A stretch of 63,749 nucleotides of DNA, filler included, from Octopus bimaculoides (Eukaryota), in NCBI RefSeq assembly GCF_001194135.2. It is 7 parts of 6 records of this genome, joined end to end, with 100 filler letters (N's around TTAATTAATTAA, not from the genome) between each part and the next. Parts side by side here need not be neighbours in the genome. Positions count along the whole stretch, not along the records: positions 39,218 to 54,312 come from NC_068986.1; 6 more parts are not named here. One strand, 5' to 3'. Positions 41,230-53,680 of this stretch are shown piece by piece (the stretch's first letter is position 1; every line of letters starts with the position of its first letter). The notes under the pieces are model-generated. The model had not been told where the DNA came from, ran no database searches, and worked only from the letters and a program-made list of their open reading frames with translations. The translations under genes and the position numbers were made by a program.

Positions 41230-41900
41230 TGTGCGTGTACATATCATCTATTGTTCATTTGTTAATTGCTGGAAGGTGTGAATGCCTAATGGAAACGTTT
41301 TTAATTAAAATTTCTCGGAACATCTTTAGGGTGGTTTGAGTGTACATGGTTGTAGAGAAGAGATTTGTTAGTTTTGTGAAAAGGATAGTGTAGAGAACTT
41401 CTTGGGTGTAAAGAGATATTGAATGAGTTAGTGCAGGTTAAATTTGTTTAGATACTGATCTGTAAGTCAAGGTTTAAAAAAAAAAAAAGCATGAAGGTTC
41501 TTTCTAAACATGTCGGTTGCCTGTGAATTGACATCGCGTAGTGTTAAAACGCCGTCGTCTCGGTACAGTCCGTCCCTTGTCTTTGTGAAATCGTTGCTCA
41601 AGTTATGAAACATGTGCAAATCGTTAATGTTATTCACTTCTGCTGAATCGTTTTTCCTATACTATTTCCTAAAGGTATTTTTGTATTTTTGTTACTCCAA
41701 ATGGAACTGTTGAGTAGCACCAAGATTTTCTTTGCATGTACAATGATCTCATACTCGTCATCAGATATAATTATAATGAATTTGGCAGAGTTCCCCACTT
41801 TCATGACAAGCAGTTCAGTGATCGACAGCGGGCATCAAACAACACTGATTGCACACATCTGGAATTTTAAGATCAAATCGATATCATATTCACTTCAGCT
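41230..41900 (-). pseudogene. Penelope-like reverse transcriptase relic
   Basis: Minus strand: PLSITELL...ISDDEYEIIVHAKK, GLYRDDG (YRDD 41554-41565), LQISI.TNL, YPFHKTN..LLY.HVHSNHP. Confidence 0.8.
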
Positions 41901-42299
41901 GGAAAATCCCAAAGAGAATGAAATCTTACTCCAGAAATGAAAATCCTGCAGCTTTTGTACTGATGAAATTCTAAAGATTTTAATTGTGAAAGTATCACTT
42001 TTGAACAAATTCTCTCAACGCCGCCATTCCCGAGTCAAATAAACACTTCAAATAAATTAACTACTCAGACCGCTAATGATCCATGTTGACTACTGATGGG
42101 TGATTTTCTTTTAATATTTCAATTAAATTTTTAATGTTTTTCATTTTTATTCTTAATATAATTTTAATATTCTCGAATTCTTTTATTACGATTTTATTCT
42201 GTTTATTACGATTCTTTACGACGGTTTCTCGTTACCGGTTTTTATTATTATTTTTATTATTGCTTTTGCCATGATTTCTATTATACGTGCCTTGAATTA

Positions 42300-42347
42300 T
42301 GTGTGTTCGTGTTGTTGTTGTTGTTGTCGTCATCGTCATCATCATCA

Positions 42348-42403
<56 letters not shown>

Positions 42404-42930
42404 GTTGTTGTTGTTGTTGTTGTTGTTGTTATTGTTATTCAGGCGGCGACCTGGCAGAATCGTTAGCCTGTCGGGAAAAAATGCTTAGCAGGCATTACGT
42501 CCGTCTTTACGTTCTGAGTTCAATTTCCACCGAGGTCGACTTTGACTTTCATCCTTTCGGAGTCGATAAAACACGTATCAGTTGACCATTGGAGTCGATG
42601 TAATTGAGTCGATTACATTTCGGGGGAAGGACTAAGTCAATCCTTCCACCGAAATTGCTGGCCCTGTGCCAAAATTTGAAATCCTTATTATTATTATTGT
42701 TATTACTACTACTACTATTATTATTATTATTATCATTACTACTACTATTATCATTATTATTATTATTATTATTGTTCAGTAGTCTTATTTTTATAACGTG
42801 CTTTCACTTCACTACCGAGCGCAGCTCTGTGTGCCTTGGGTATGTGCTGTGGTTTGCTGTGATGCTCTTATGGTTACTGTATTGAAAGTGTTATTATTAT
42901 TATTGTTGTTGCTGTTGTTGTTGTTGTCGT
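42300..42930. repeat. Compound trinucleotide tracts (GTT/GTC/CAT/TAT/CTA) flanking a SINE
   Basis: Directly visible. Confidence 0.9.
42442..42683 (+). mobile_element. SINE-C, full length
   Basis: A box TGGCAGAATCGTTAG, B box GAGTTCAATTTCC, ends 'ccaaaatttgaaatcc(tta)n'. Confidence 0.9.
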
Positions 42931-43327
42931 TGATATTGTTTTTTTTTTCTAATATAGGCACAAAGCCTGAAATTCGGTGTTAATCGATTGCATAGCCCCT
43001 GTCGTTGACAGGCACTTAATTTTATGGACTCCGAAAGGATTAAAGGCATAGTTAACCTCGAAATAATATTTCTGAAATATAATCGATTCAATCAACTTCA
43101 GAAGCTCATGTGTTCTTATTTACTCGACTCGGAAGGGATTAAAATGGGAAATTTTCATTCACTGCAGCAGACATTAAACAAAGAATATAAAGGGACATAA
43201 CTACAATTGTCCAAGAAGGACAGCAGATGGCTTATCAATAATATTAATTTTTTATCTTAAGAACAAAGACACTGAAAACTAAGATAAGCTATTCAGAATA
43301 CAACGGCTTCTTGCAATTGTGTTCAAT

Positions 43328-43365
<38 letters not shown>

Positions 43366-43697
43366 TACAATTAAAAGGGTAAAGGTTTATCAATTTATTA
43401 ATAAATTAACAGTTAATAATTTTTACCAAGCCCTTCGGCATGTAAACACCATTATCGATGGAGAACTTATTTAAAAGNNNNNNNNNNNNNNNNNNNNNNN
43501 NNNNNNNNNNNNNNNNNNNNNNNNNNNNNNNNNNNNNNNNNNNNNNNNNNNNNNNNNNNNNNNNNNNNNNNNNNNNNNNNNNNNNNNNNNNNNNNNNNNN
43601 NNNNNNNNNNNNNNNNNNNNNNNNNNNNNNNNNNNNNNNNNNNNNNNNNNNNNNNNNNNNNNNNNNNNNNNNNNNNNNNNNNNNNNNNNNNNNNNNN

Positions 43698-43728
<31 letters not shown>

Positions 43729-44464
43729 TAATAATTGAGATCAGAAACAAACGAGCACAGACTTACAAAGAATAAGTCCTGGGGTCGATTTGTTCGACTA
43801 AAGGCGATGTTTCAGTATGGCCGAAGTCAAATGACTGAAACAGATAAAAGAATAAAAAAATGCAAGTTAAGCCGAGTCAATAATTACGTCCAGTTAACGA
43901 AAGATTTCACAGTTCATAGCAATTTTAGGGACCACGGGCTGTGGTTATAGTGAAGATATAGAACTTTCTAATAGTCCAGGTGTAGCCAAGCTGAAAAATA
44001 CGGAGAGTGCAGATAACTTTTGCACTTAGCGATGGACAGTGTGTCATAGATGCGTGCTTCGATCAATAAGTTGTAATGAATGTAATAATGATCCCCCTTG
44101 GGATACAGGCGATATGGAAGAAAACAACGACAGAGAATAAACGTGACATTTAGTCAATGTAACTATGTATTGCTAATTGAAGCAGGTATAGTGTAGGCGG
44201 GTAAGTAGATAGGTCGGTTGGTAAGCAGGTAAAGAAAAGAATTCACAACGACCTCGGTCCCACAAAAGTAAACAAAAGAGACAGAGACAGGCAGAAACAA
44301 GGAAAATGCCCCTTGTATTTGAATGCTAAAAAAGTCTCAATGACTGAAACCGGTACTGAAATATTTTTTTATATAAAATTATTTTAGCATTTTCTACCTT
44401 GACTTTTTTCCTTATATATACCAATTCGTGTGTTCCTTTTCAACCTTCTACACACACACACATA

Positions 44465-44772
44465 TCTTTTATTTTATTTTTTACTTGTTTCAGTCATGTG
44501 ACTGCGGCCATGCTGAAGCACCACCTTACAGAGTTTTTTTTAGTCGAAGAAATAGCCTATTGTAAGCCTAATATTTATTCTATCGGCGTCTTTTGCCGAA
44601 CCGCTAGGTTACGGGGATGTACACATACCAACATCAGTTGTCAAACGATGGTGTGGGTACAAACACAGACATAAAGACGCATGCACATAAATATATATAC
44701 GACGGGCTTCTTTCAGTTTCCGCCTGCCAAATTCACAAGGCTTTGATGGGCCCGAGGCTATAGTAGAAGACA
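44465..44772 (-). mobile_element. SINE A plus B, 5'-truncated
   Basis: Same blocks as 34490-34868. Confidence 0.8.
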
Positions 44773-44964
44773 AAGCAACAGAGTGACTCAAAGTCCGAGA
44801 GTTTCGTGCTTGGCACGTTTAATAAGTTATAAATTTACGTTATATAACAACCCCTTTTGCATTTTTGTAGAAGTGAGCACATATGCCATAAATAAATGCA
44901 CTACCTACTGTAAAATGTGAAACTGTGTTGAAACAGATATTGTTATATTTCGGGACGGTCATTT

Positions 44965-45203
44965 TTTTTTTGCCAAATAAACACATGCACTATATATTCG
45001 TTCTTCACTCGTTTATTACTGTTCTTATTCTTATTCTAGTCCATTGTCCGGAAATCTCTCGTCACACATCTGTGACCTCTTCAGTGACCCTTTCTATCCG
45101 CAGATGTGTGACGAGAGATTTCCGGACAATGGACATAACATAAAATAAGAACAGTAATAAACAAGAACGAATACATAGTGCGTGTGCTTATTTGGACAAA
45201 AAA
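44965..45203. repeat. Long inverted repeat (~105-bp arms, inner 34 bp perfect, 28-nt loop)
   Basis: 45039-45072 is the exact reverse complement of 45101-45134; outer arms pair with a few indels. Confidence 0.9.
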
Positions 45204-46199
45204 GAAAAAAAAACCCTCATAATTATTGTTCTCTTATTTCTGAACCACTAAGTTACAGGGACATAATCAAACCGACACCGAGTGTCAAGCGGAGGTGCGG
45301 GGACAAAGAAACGCATTATATAATATATAGTTAGTTGATTACATTGACTCAGTACTTGGACTGGTGATTTATTTTATCAACTCCCAAAGGATGAAAGACA
45401 AATACATTATATATAGGGAAAGGTGGGGAACAGAAACAGGCTTTATCCAGTTTCCTTCAACCAAAGCCACTCACAAGACAGACGAAATGCCGATCCCAGC
45501 GTGCTAACGATTCCGGGACTTGTAGAAATAACGCTTTTACAAATATTATTTCTATTTTGATGCAAAAATTTACAGTGTTTCATAATATTGTTTCACTATT
45601 TTAAAGATATCGAGTGCTTGCGTTTCCGTTCCAGTTAACGAGAGAATACATGACAAACAGAATAATATAAATGTATTAATTTTAAAACAGGCACACGAAC
45701 CGATACAATAAAGGGAGATAACTATGTACTGTAAGTTATTTTGCATTGTTACCACAAGGGAAGTAATGCCGTCGACCCATCGATCAATATTAATCAGAGC
45801 GGAAGAGTCCACCAATGACGAAGTCCCTACGTGGTCATCCGGTCTGCTGGAAATAGCAATCGAATCGCCACCTAATCACACCCCACCTATGACCGCGAGT
45901 CCGCTGCTCTAACCAATGGGCCATTGCACCTCCACTGTGACGTATGTAACACCGCACAAATAAGGTTTTTTTTTTCCATCTGGAAATATTAACAGCTAAT
46001 TCCTCTGAATTTCTTGAGAGCAGCATATAAATGCCTTATAGTATTTATTATTTTCACTGACCGTGAAATTTAAAAAAAAAAAATAAAAAAAAACTAATGA
46101 AGGTCTCAATTCTTGGTTTGGCATGTGTGTCAAAAATGGATGACATTTTTAAGGCAAATATTTTCTGTATAAAACAAAAAAAAAAAAAAATAGAGCCTT

Positions 46200-47258
46200 A
46201 AATTTTGGAATAGGAGTTAGTTGATTACGTTGACTCAGTACTCAGACTGGTCATTTATTTTATCAACTCCCAAAAGATGAAAGACAAAATTGACCTTAGA
46301 ATGTAAAGAGTCAGAAGAAAACAGCAAGGCATTTTGTTTGAGACTAAGGATTCTGCCAATTCACCCCCTTAACTATAATAGTTGTTTGTAATTTAGGTAG
46401 AAAGCCAGTAATTTTGAGGGATGGGATTAGTTGATACCACTGACCTTAGTACTTAACTAGTATTTCATTTTACTGACCCCACAAGGATGATAGGCAAAGT
46501 TGACCAAATTGGCAGGAGTTGAACTCAGATCATAAAGATTAATCCTTGATGGCATTTGAGCTCAAAGTGTAAAAGAGCTGATGGAAATGCTGCTAAGCAT
46601 TTTGTTCAGTGTGCAGCTGAGAATAAAGAAAGAACAGAGAAGAGAACTTCAGAACCAGAGGAAGCAGGTTCAAACTCAGAAAAGGTAACAAAAGTGGAGA
46701 GAATTATGGCATGGGAGGGAAGATTAGAGAAGCAGCTACAACATGTGGTGGAAACAGGAAGACTGGAAGGGAGTAAATTGAGAACGTTGATGTTTTACCA
46801 GAAAGAGATGGAACGAGAGAAGAAAATAGTGAAGATCAAAGGTTTGAAGGAGTTAAGTTGAGCACAGATATGTTTGAAGCAAACCAAAGAGCGGTACTAA
46901 TAGAGAAAGACAAAGCAGAAAAATTAAAAGTGTTGTTCTCAGATATAATTACGAACAGTAAAATATTTGTTCGATACGAGAGTCTGCCTAATGTAATTGG
47001 GTTGGACGCCGTAACCGAACTTATAACAGATGAAGACGGGAATTAAAAGACTGTATAAATAGAACGGTAAAATGAAACTGCGAGCTTTAGTGGATTTGTA
47101 AGCCATTTCATCCTTTTCATAATTCATATTTTCATTTGTTAACTGTACCCCACGTTTTGTACTGTATTGTCTGTCCTTGTAATGTCCCCTCTATGTAGTG
47201 GCTGCAGTGCCAAAATAAAGGGAGAAGTGTGCTAATGATTCTTCCAGCTCCATTGCCT
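46200..47258 (-). mobile_element. Two tandem SINE-C copies; the second is split by the 46615-47225 insertion
   Basis: SINE-C text 'ctaagcattttgttcagtgtgc' resumes as 'agtgtgctaatgattcttccagctc' at 47226. Confidence 0.8.
46615..47225 (+). mobile_element. 5'-truncated retro-insertion with a charged ORF and a Tx1-like 3' tail
   Basis: 7-bp TSD AGTGTGC (46608-14 / 47226-32); ~143 codons with one frameshift, ending TAA at 47044-46; 3' UTR ending AATAAAGGGAGA. Confidence 0.7.
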
Positions 47259-47934
47259 CACACTGCTTTACTACTAATGATAAAGAAAACAAATTACCAA
47301 ACACTCTGAACAGATGAGTTTTTAACAATATAGTAAAGGTCCCCACAATTGTACACAACATATAATTCAGTAAACTCAACTCAATATATATTGCCAATGT
47401 CAGAAGCTCATACTAAATTTATTAAAGGCAACTTTACAACTTCCTTTTATTCAACATTAACAATCTATGGATAAACATCACCAAATCTGTTACATCAAAA
47501 ACTCGGGATTAAAATGTTTTTATTTTATAGTGGAAACCAACCAACTCCGTCAGATTTTGAGTGTAGCAGCCAGTCAATTTTTTTAAAGAGTGACAAGTGA
47601 GTGGTCGAACACTCATTGGCACATGCCCTATTTCTGTCTATTATGGCAAAGCTACTTCACTTTCGAAAATGGCCCAGTTCACTTGGATGTTATCAGTGTT
47701 GAGTGAGAAATCTTGTAAGGAGTTGGTAAAAAGTGAGAAGAAAACACTCCCTCTGAAGCACTGCACAAGAATGAAACCTTAAATGGACTTCTCAAATGAC
47801 TCGAAGGGTTGTGGTACTTTAAGACTTACATCAGACTACACACACCATTAACGCAAGGATGCTTAGGGCCTCTTTTAGTGCATTGTTATATCTTTCTACC
47901 ACATAAAATACAGTGAATTTCTGTCATTCAACGA

Positions 47935-48260
47935 TGAGTATCCAGTTCTTTGATCAACCGAATTAGATGCTCTTGAATTAACATGCAAGTGGTTGAGCAT
48001 TCAAAAAGATATGTGAACCTTTAATGTAATTCTCAGGTAGAATCAGTTTGACACACTGTGACAAAGCAGCACCTTTTGAATTACAAGTACAATCCATTCA
48101 ACATGCTTCTATACAGTTTCCCTCTATCCAATTCTGCTCATAAGATATGAATGGACTTGAGGCCATAAAAAATTACATTTGCCCAACATGTTACACAGGG
48201 TGATTGAACCTAAGACCTCATGGTTGTAAAGCGAACTTCATAAGCATTAAGCCATGCTGT
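47935..48260 (-). mobile_element. SINE-F 3' part plus SINE-A fragment
   Basis: 'aattaacatgcaagtggttgagcatt...gtgaacctttaatgtaattctc' block, then a degenerate reverse A head. Confidence 0.5.
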
Positions 48261-49968
48261 GCCTACACATTATATATGTATGCTCTTCCTTTCTCAATGA
48301 GGGAAGAGCATCATTCAGCACCCTATATATTTTTTCAGGGTCTCTCAGACTGATTAGAAGTTATCCTTAAACTGAAGACTTTGGTCCGAATACTTCCAAC
48401 AGAGTGAATTTTACTAAAGGAACCCATGGATCAAGGTTAAGTGATGGTGTTAAACCAAGCCACAGATTACATCTACCATATATATATATATATATATATA
48501 TCTCCCCTTAATACAAAATAAAGGTCTTTTGATATGGTGGCTTTACTATCAGAGATTTGTGTCATATTTTTGGTGGTGGGGCAACATTGAACATTTATAC
48601 AAAACGTAGTACATTATACAGTAAGGTAAATTTACATGACTGATCAAATTAAAAAACTAAAAGAAAAAAATGTCATGCTTTCAATACAAATATGACATGT
48701 TGGTTTACTTTATGCAAAGAAAAACCTTGAAGTCGTCATCATTGTTTTTATGCCAGGCTTTCCGTGTTGGCAAAGATTGGATGTTTTAAGCTGATGAACT
48801 GATGAAGAAAAAAAATTTAATAAATAAATAAAACCAACAGTATTTTATAAAATTATTTCATCTGAAGATATATATTTGTATGTTGCCTTTTGTTTTTTCA
48901 TTATAGATACCATTTTGGTAGCTGGGATGTAGTCAAGAATATTACTGGTACTTATTTAACTGTAGGTTGAAACAAACATTCATGGAATGTTCAAAAACCA
49001 AATGCTGTAAGGCAATTTAGTCTAGTGTGTTTTCATCGTTTCAGCTATCTGACATGTCCTTGATGTCATTGTAATATTTCAGCTACCGTTCAAACTCCAC
49101 AATTAAATTGAAAAAAATAATTGAAAGAACAGCAAAAATTATGGAAGTCACATACACGATATTATAAAAAAAATATAATCTCAAAGTTTTTTTTTCTAAT
49201 TTATTTGTTTCCCATTTACCCAACTCCTCAAGTTTATATTCCAATATTCAGCTTCAAAACAAAACACACAAAAAAAAAAACCCCTAAAAAAACTAAGATT
49301 TTTAAATAATAAAAGGTAAACCCATAGTGAAAAATGGGGTGGGTGTAGTGGAAAGAAACTTTTGATTTGTTATTAAATGACCAATCAATTACACAAAGCA
49401 ATTAATTAAAATACCAAGAAATAGCTTTCTAGAGATAAAGGGATCCATCAAGAATTTAAGTTCCAGTTTGTAAATTTGTCTTTGATTTCTTTTAGTGCAA
49501 TCATTCAATAATTAGTTTATATATATATTTATTAATCAAAGTATACAGTATTATAGATCCATTTAAACTGATCTTACCTACCAGTTTTACACTGGATATT
49601 AGCAGATATTAGATAATAGGATGGTTAGCTAACACCACATGCTTGTCAGAGATGACAGGCGTGGAAAAATATGGCAATTTGGCTATCACATACACGTGTC
49701 TGTTATATGATAACCAAGTTATTTTATATAAGCAATATCAATTGCTTCACATTTGTAAGTATACTCTGAAGTAAAAAATAAAAGAATCACAGACAGCGAC
49801 TGAACAGAGCCATGCATACCTGCACCACCTGGGTAACTGGTATAGCATGTAAGTCGCATCATCTGATATTTTGAACACCTTACCATTCTCACAAAATGAA
49901 ATACATATACAAGTATTTACCTGTTATTCATCAATAGGCAATCTCATCATTAAACTCATATACAATTT

Positions 49969-50015
<47 letters not shown>

Positions 50016-50681
50016 TCACACATGCAGGGTTAGGTAAATTATTTGCAATGTTTAAAAACACAGCAAAATATCTCATCTTGATAAATATGGAAAAATATAT
50101 ATATATAGATATATATATATATATATATATATANNNNNNNNNNNNNNNNNNNNNNNNNNNNNNNNNNNNNNNNNNNNNNNNNNNNNNNNNNNNNNNNNNN
50201 NNNNNNNNNNNNNNNNNNNNNNNNNNNNNNNNNNNNNNNNNNNNNNNNNNNNNNNNNNNNNNNNNNNNNNNNNNNNNNNNNNNNNNNNNNNNNNNNNNNN
50301 NNNNNNNNNNNNNNNNNNNNNNNNNNNNNNNNNNNNNNNNNNNNNNNNNNNNNNNNNNNNNNNNNNNNNNNNNNNNNNNNNNNNNNNNNNNNNNNNNNNN
50401 NNNNNNNNNNNNNNNNNNNNNNNNNNNNNNNNNNNNNNNNNNNNNNNNNNNNNNNNNNNNNNNNNNNNNNNNNNNNNNNNNNNNNNNNNNNNNNNNNNNN
50501 NNNNNNNNNNNNNNNNNNNNNNNNNNNNNNNNNTTATAGCAACATTTTCAGGATACCATGTGTGTGTGTGATGATGATCTTTCGTAATGTTTGCATTTCC
50601 TGTTGCATATTACGCAGACCAAAAATGTAAATAATAAATGATTTAAAAAATATAACTGTTTGGTTTGATGTCATTATTACA

Positions 50682-50912
50682 ATCATCATCATCATCGTCG
50701 TCGTCGTTTAACATCCGCTTTCCATGCTAGCATGGGTTGGACGATTTGACTGAGGACTGGTGAACCAGATGGCTACACCAGGCTCCAATCTGATTTGGCA
50801 GAGTTTCTACAGCTGGACGCCCTTCCTAACGCCAACCACTCTCCGAGAGTGTAGTGGGTGCTTTTACATGCCACCAGCATGAAGGTCAGTCAGGTGGTAC
50901 TGGTGATGGCAA
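50682..50912 (-). mobile_element. SINE-D
   Basis: Reverse complement of 18090-18320. Confidence 0.85.
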
Positions 50913-51299
50913 TTTATATATATATATATATGATTTCAAGTATATAAACAATAACTGGATACATATTAAACTGCAGAAAGCTCAGCTGATAGATGATATT
51001 AATTCCTATAAACCAATTTCATTAACACAAAAGTTGATGGTGAGAGAAAAATAAACTTTCTGGTAAATGTATGAGATGGCTAAGAAAAATTCTAGATGGC
51101 ATTCAAGACAAGAAAAAAAGGTGTAAATATATAGATTAAATTGTGGGTAATACATTCCATGACAAGTGGAGAGAATAATATATAATAAATATACTCAAAC
51201 TGCATAGAATTACTTGATTTTCTTTTCCCTCCATTCCTTATAATGGTAAATGAAATAACCTTAATGTAGACACAAAGCCAGCAATTCTGAGAACAGAAG

Positions 51300-51650
51300 G
51301 TTAATCCATTATTGATTATACTGTACACCCACCTCCCCACTCCAATTCTTGACTGGTAGTTTATTTTATTGGCTCTGAAAAGATGAAAGACAAAGTTAAC
51401 CTCAGTGGAATTTGAACTTGGAACGTACAGAACCAAAAAAGATATAGGTTTCAAATTTTGGCACAAGGCCAACAAGTTTGGGGAAGGAGATAAGTTGATT
51501 ACATTCGACCCCAGTACTCAACTGGAAGTTAATTTTATTGATCCTGAAAGGATGAAGGGCAAAGTTGACCTGGGTGGAATTTGAACTCAGAATGTGAAGA
51601 CGGATGAAATGCCATTAAGCATTTTGATTGGTATGCTAATGACTCTGCCA
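51300..51650 (-). mobile_element. Two tandem SINE-C copies
   Basis: Diagnostic 'gatgaa(a/g)g.caaagtt.acct..gtggaatttgaact' twice. Confidence 0.8.
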
Positions 51651-52284
51651 GGAAGAATATTGCAAGGCAATTTGTTTGATGCTGTAACAATTCTACTGAT
51701 TAATTGTCCTTAATGTAGCAAAAGAAATAATAAAACAGAAAAATAGAGGAAATCCATCTATCTATCTGTATAAATACAGATAGCTAGATAGACAGATAGA
51801 TAGATAGAGATTACTGAATCAAAAAACTAAGAATTCTCTAATGCAAATAAGAGATTCAATACATATAAATTTTATTTAGTTATATAGAATTTTTATTTAT
51901 TTAAATTATATCAGACTAAGAACTCCCATGATACAAATAACGAACTCAATATGCAAAAATAGAGAGCATGTAAAATTTATTCAGTTTATTTTTTTTTTAT
52001 AAATTGCAACTTGTTTTGACTTAGAGAATTTGCTCTCACGCCAAAACAAGTTGAAATTCTTAAGAATAAAATTATGTATTTGTGTGTTTGATAATCGAGA
52101 TTGTTTACAACTTTTAACCATAGCTTCATATTCCAGCCAAAGATGGAAAAAAAAAAAAAAAATTGCTTTCCGAAAAGCTGTTAAGAAGTGTGGCCCAAGT
52201 TTGTCAGAAATGTGACGCCAAAATCCCTGTCTTTGATGATGCGACAGAGATAACAATAATAATAATAATAATAATAATAATATT

Positions 52285-52505
52285 TTCTATATTTTCTACT
52301 ACAGGTACAGAACCTGAAATTTGTGGGGAGGTGGGGTAAGTTGATTACATTGACTCCAGTGCTCAACCAGTGCTTATTTTATCAACCCCAAAAGAATGAA
52401 AGGCAAAGTTGACCTTGGCGGAATTTGAACACAGAATGTATTGACGGACGAAATGCAGCTAAGCATTCTGCCCGGTGCACGAATGATTCTGCCAGCTCAC
52501 TGCCT
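52285..52505 (-). mobile_element. SINE-C flanked by (AAT)n on both sides
   Basis: (AAT)n at 52255-52281 and 52506-52532. Confidence 0.85.
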
Positions 52506-53349
52506 TAATAACAACAATAACGATAATAATAATGACATCTTTCATTCATACAACATCACAAATTTGTGGAGACAGTGTATGTGTGTGTGTGTGTGTGTGT
52601 GGTTGTACAGTCAACTGAACTGACCCCAGGATGTAACTGGTACCAGTTATTTTAGCAACTCCAGAAAGATAACAAGTGGATAATCAATAAAAAGATATCT
52701 GAGATCTATAAGAATTTATCTACCTTTACAGCTAATACATAGAGTTATAAAAAAAAAAATCAAATCAAATAATCATGGTATCAGTACCATGGTTTTATTA
52801 TTCTCTGGGGCATGCTGTAGTACAGAGAAGCTCTCAGCAATCTGGTTTCAATACTGGATTAGCATTGCTTTGTCAATAATGCTCTAAAGAAAAGGCATAA
52901 AAAGCAAAACCACCTTCAAAAAGAATCTGAATTTTCAGGGTTATGTAAAGAAATAATCTTTTTTTTTCGATGTCACAATAAACTGCTTTAGTTTGGTTAA
53001 CAACAAATTCTTCATTCAACTTAAGAATGTTCCAACAAAGGGAGGGAAAATATGGAGAAAAAAATAAAAACCCAACAAAAAATTAGAAAAGCAATTTTTT
53101 GGGTTTTTTTTTTTTCTTTTGGTATTTCCATTGGAATGACTCTTGTAGTTTGTTTAGATAAAATTGTCAGTGTATATATTACAACAGCTAACAAGAGCAT
53201 CAGAGAACAAATGAAGTCATCGCTGTTTAGCAGTAGTGGAAATCTTAGTAGTGAGTGCCACCAGCACTTCATACCAATATCTAATACAATTGTGAACCTC
53301 AGAGAAACACACCACCATCATCATTATAATAATCAACAACTGTAGCTGT

Positions 53350-53366
53350 CTTGTGTGTGTGTGCGG

Positions 53367-53414
<48 letters not shown>

Positions 53415-53680
53415 TAGGGAAAAGAAGGTGAATGTGTATGAGTGAGCGAGAGAAAGAAAGAGGAGAGATTGTCAGAAAAAGTAAAGAGGGTGAATGAATG
53501 GTTGAGAGAGAGAGAGAGACTGTTAGAGAAAAGTAAAGTGAAAATGTGTGTGGGGAAGATAAAAGAAGATTGTACAAAAATGTGATGTGTGAGAGTGTTT
53601 GTGTGTGTGAGAGTGTTTGTGTGTGTGAGAGTGTTTGTGTATGTGTGTGTGTGTGTGAGAGAGAGAGAGATCTGAAAGAA
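53350..53680 (+). repeat. GA/GT low-complexity tract with a 3x 18-bp unit (gtgagagtgtttgtgtgt)
   Basis: Directly visible. Confidence 0.8.

Noticed and set aside
42442-42530. tRNA-like A/B boxes here and at other SINE heads
   Set aside because: No full cloverleaf; each continues into a SINE body, so they are not tRNA genes.
39875-42683. R4/Dong as the partner LINE of SINE-C because both sit in TAA-type repeats
   Set aside because: Polarity is opposite: Dong sense ends in (TAA)n and SINE-C sense ends in (ATT)n, and I see no shared 3' tail.
53021-53272. 83-aa minus ORF with a hydrophobic N-terminus (MKCWWHSLL...)
   Set aside because: Runs into poly-A and low complexity, has no good donor, and overlaps an equally plausible opposite-strand ORF; unsupported.
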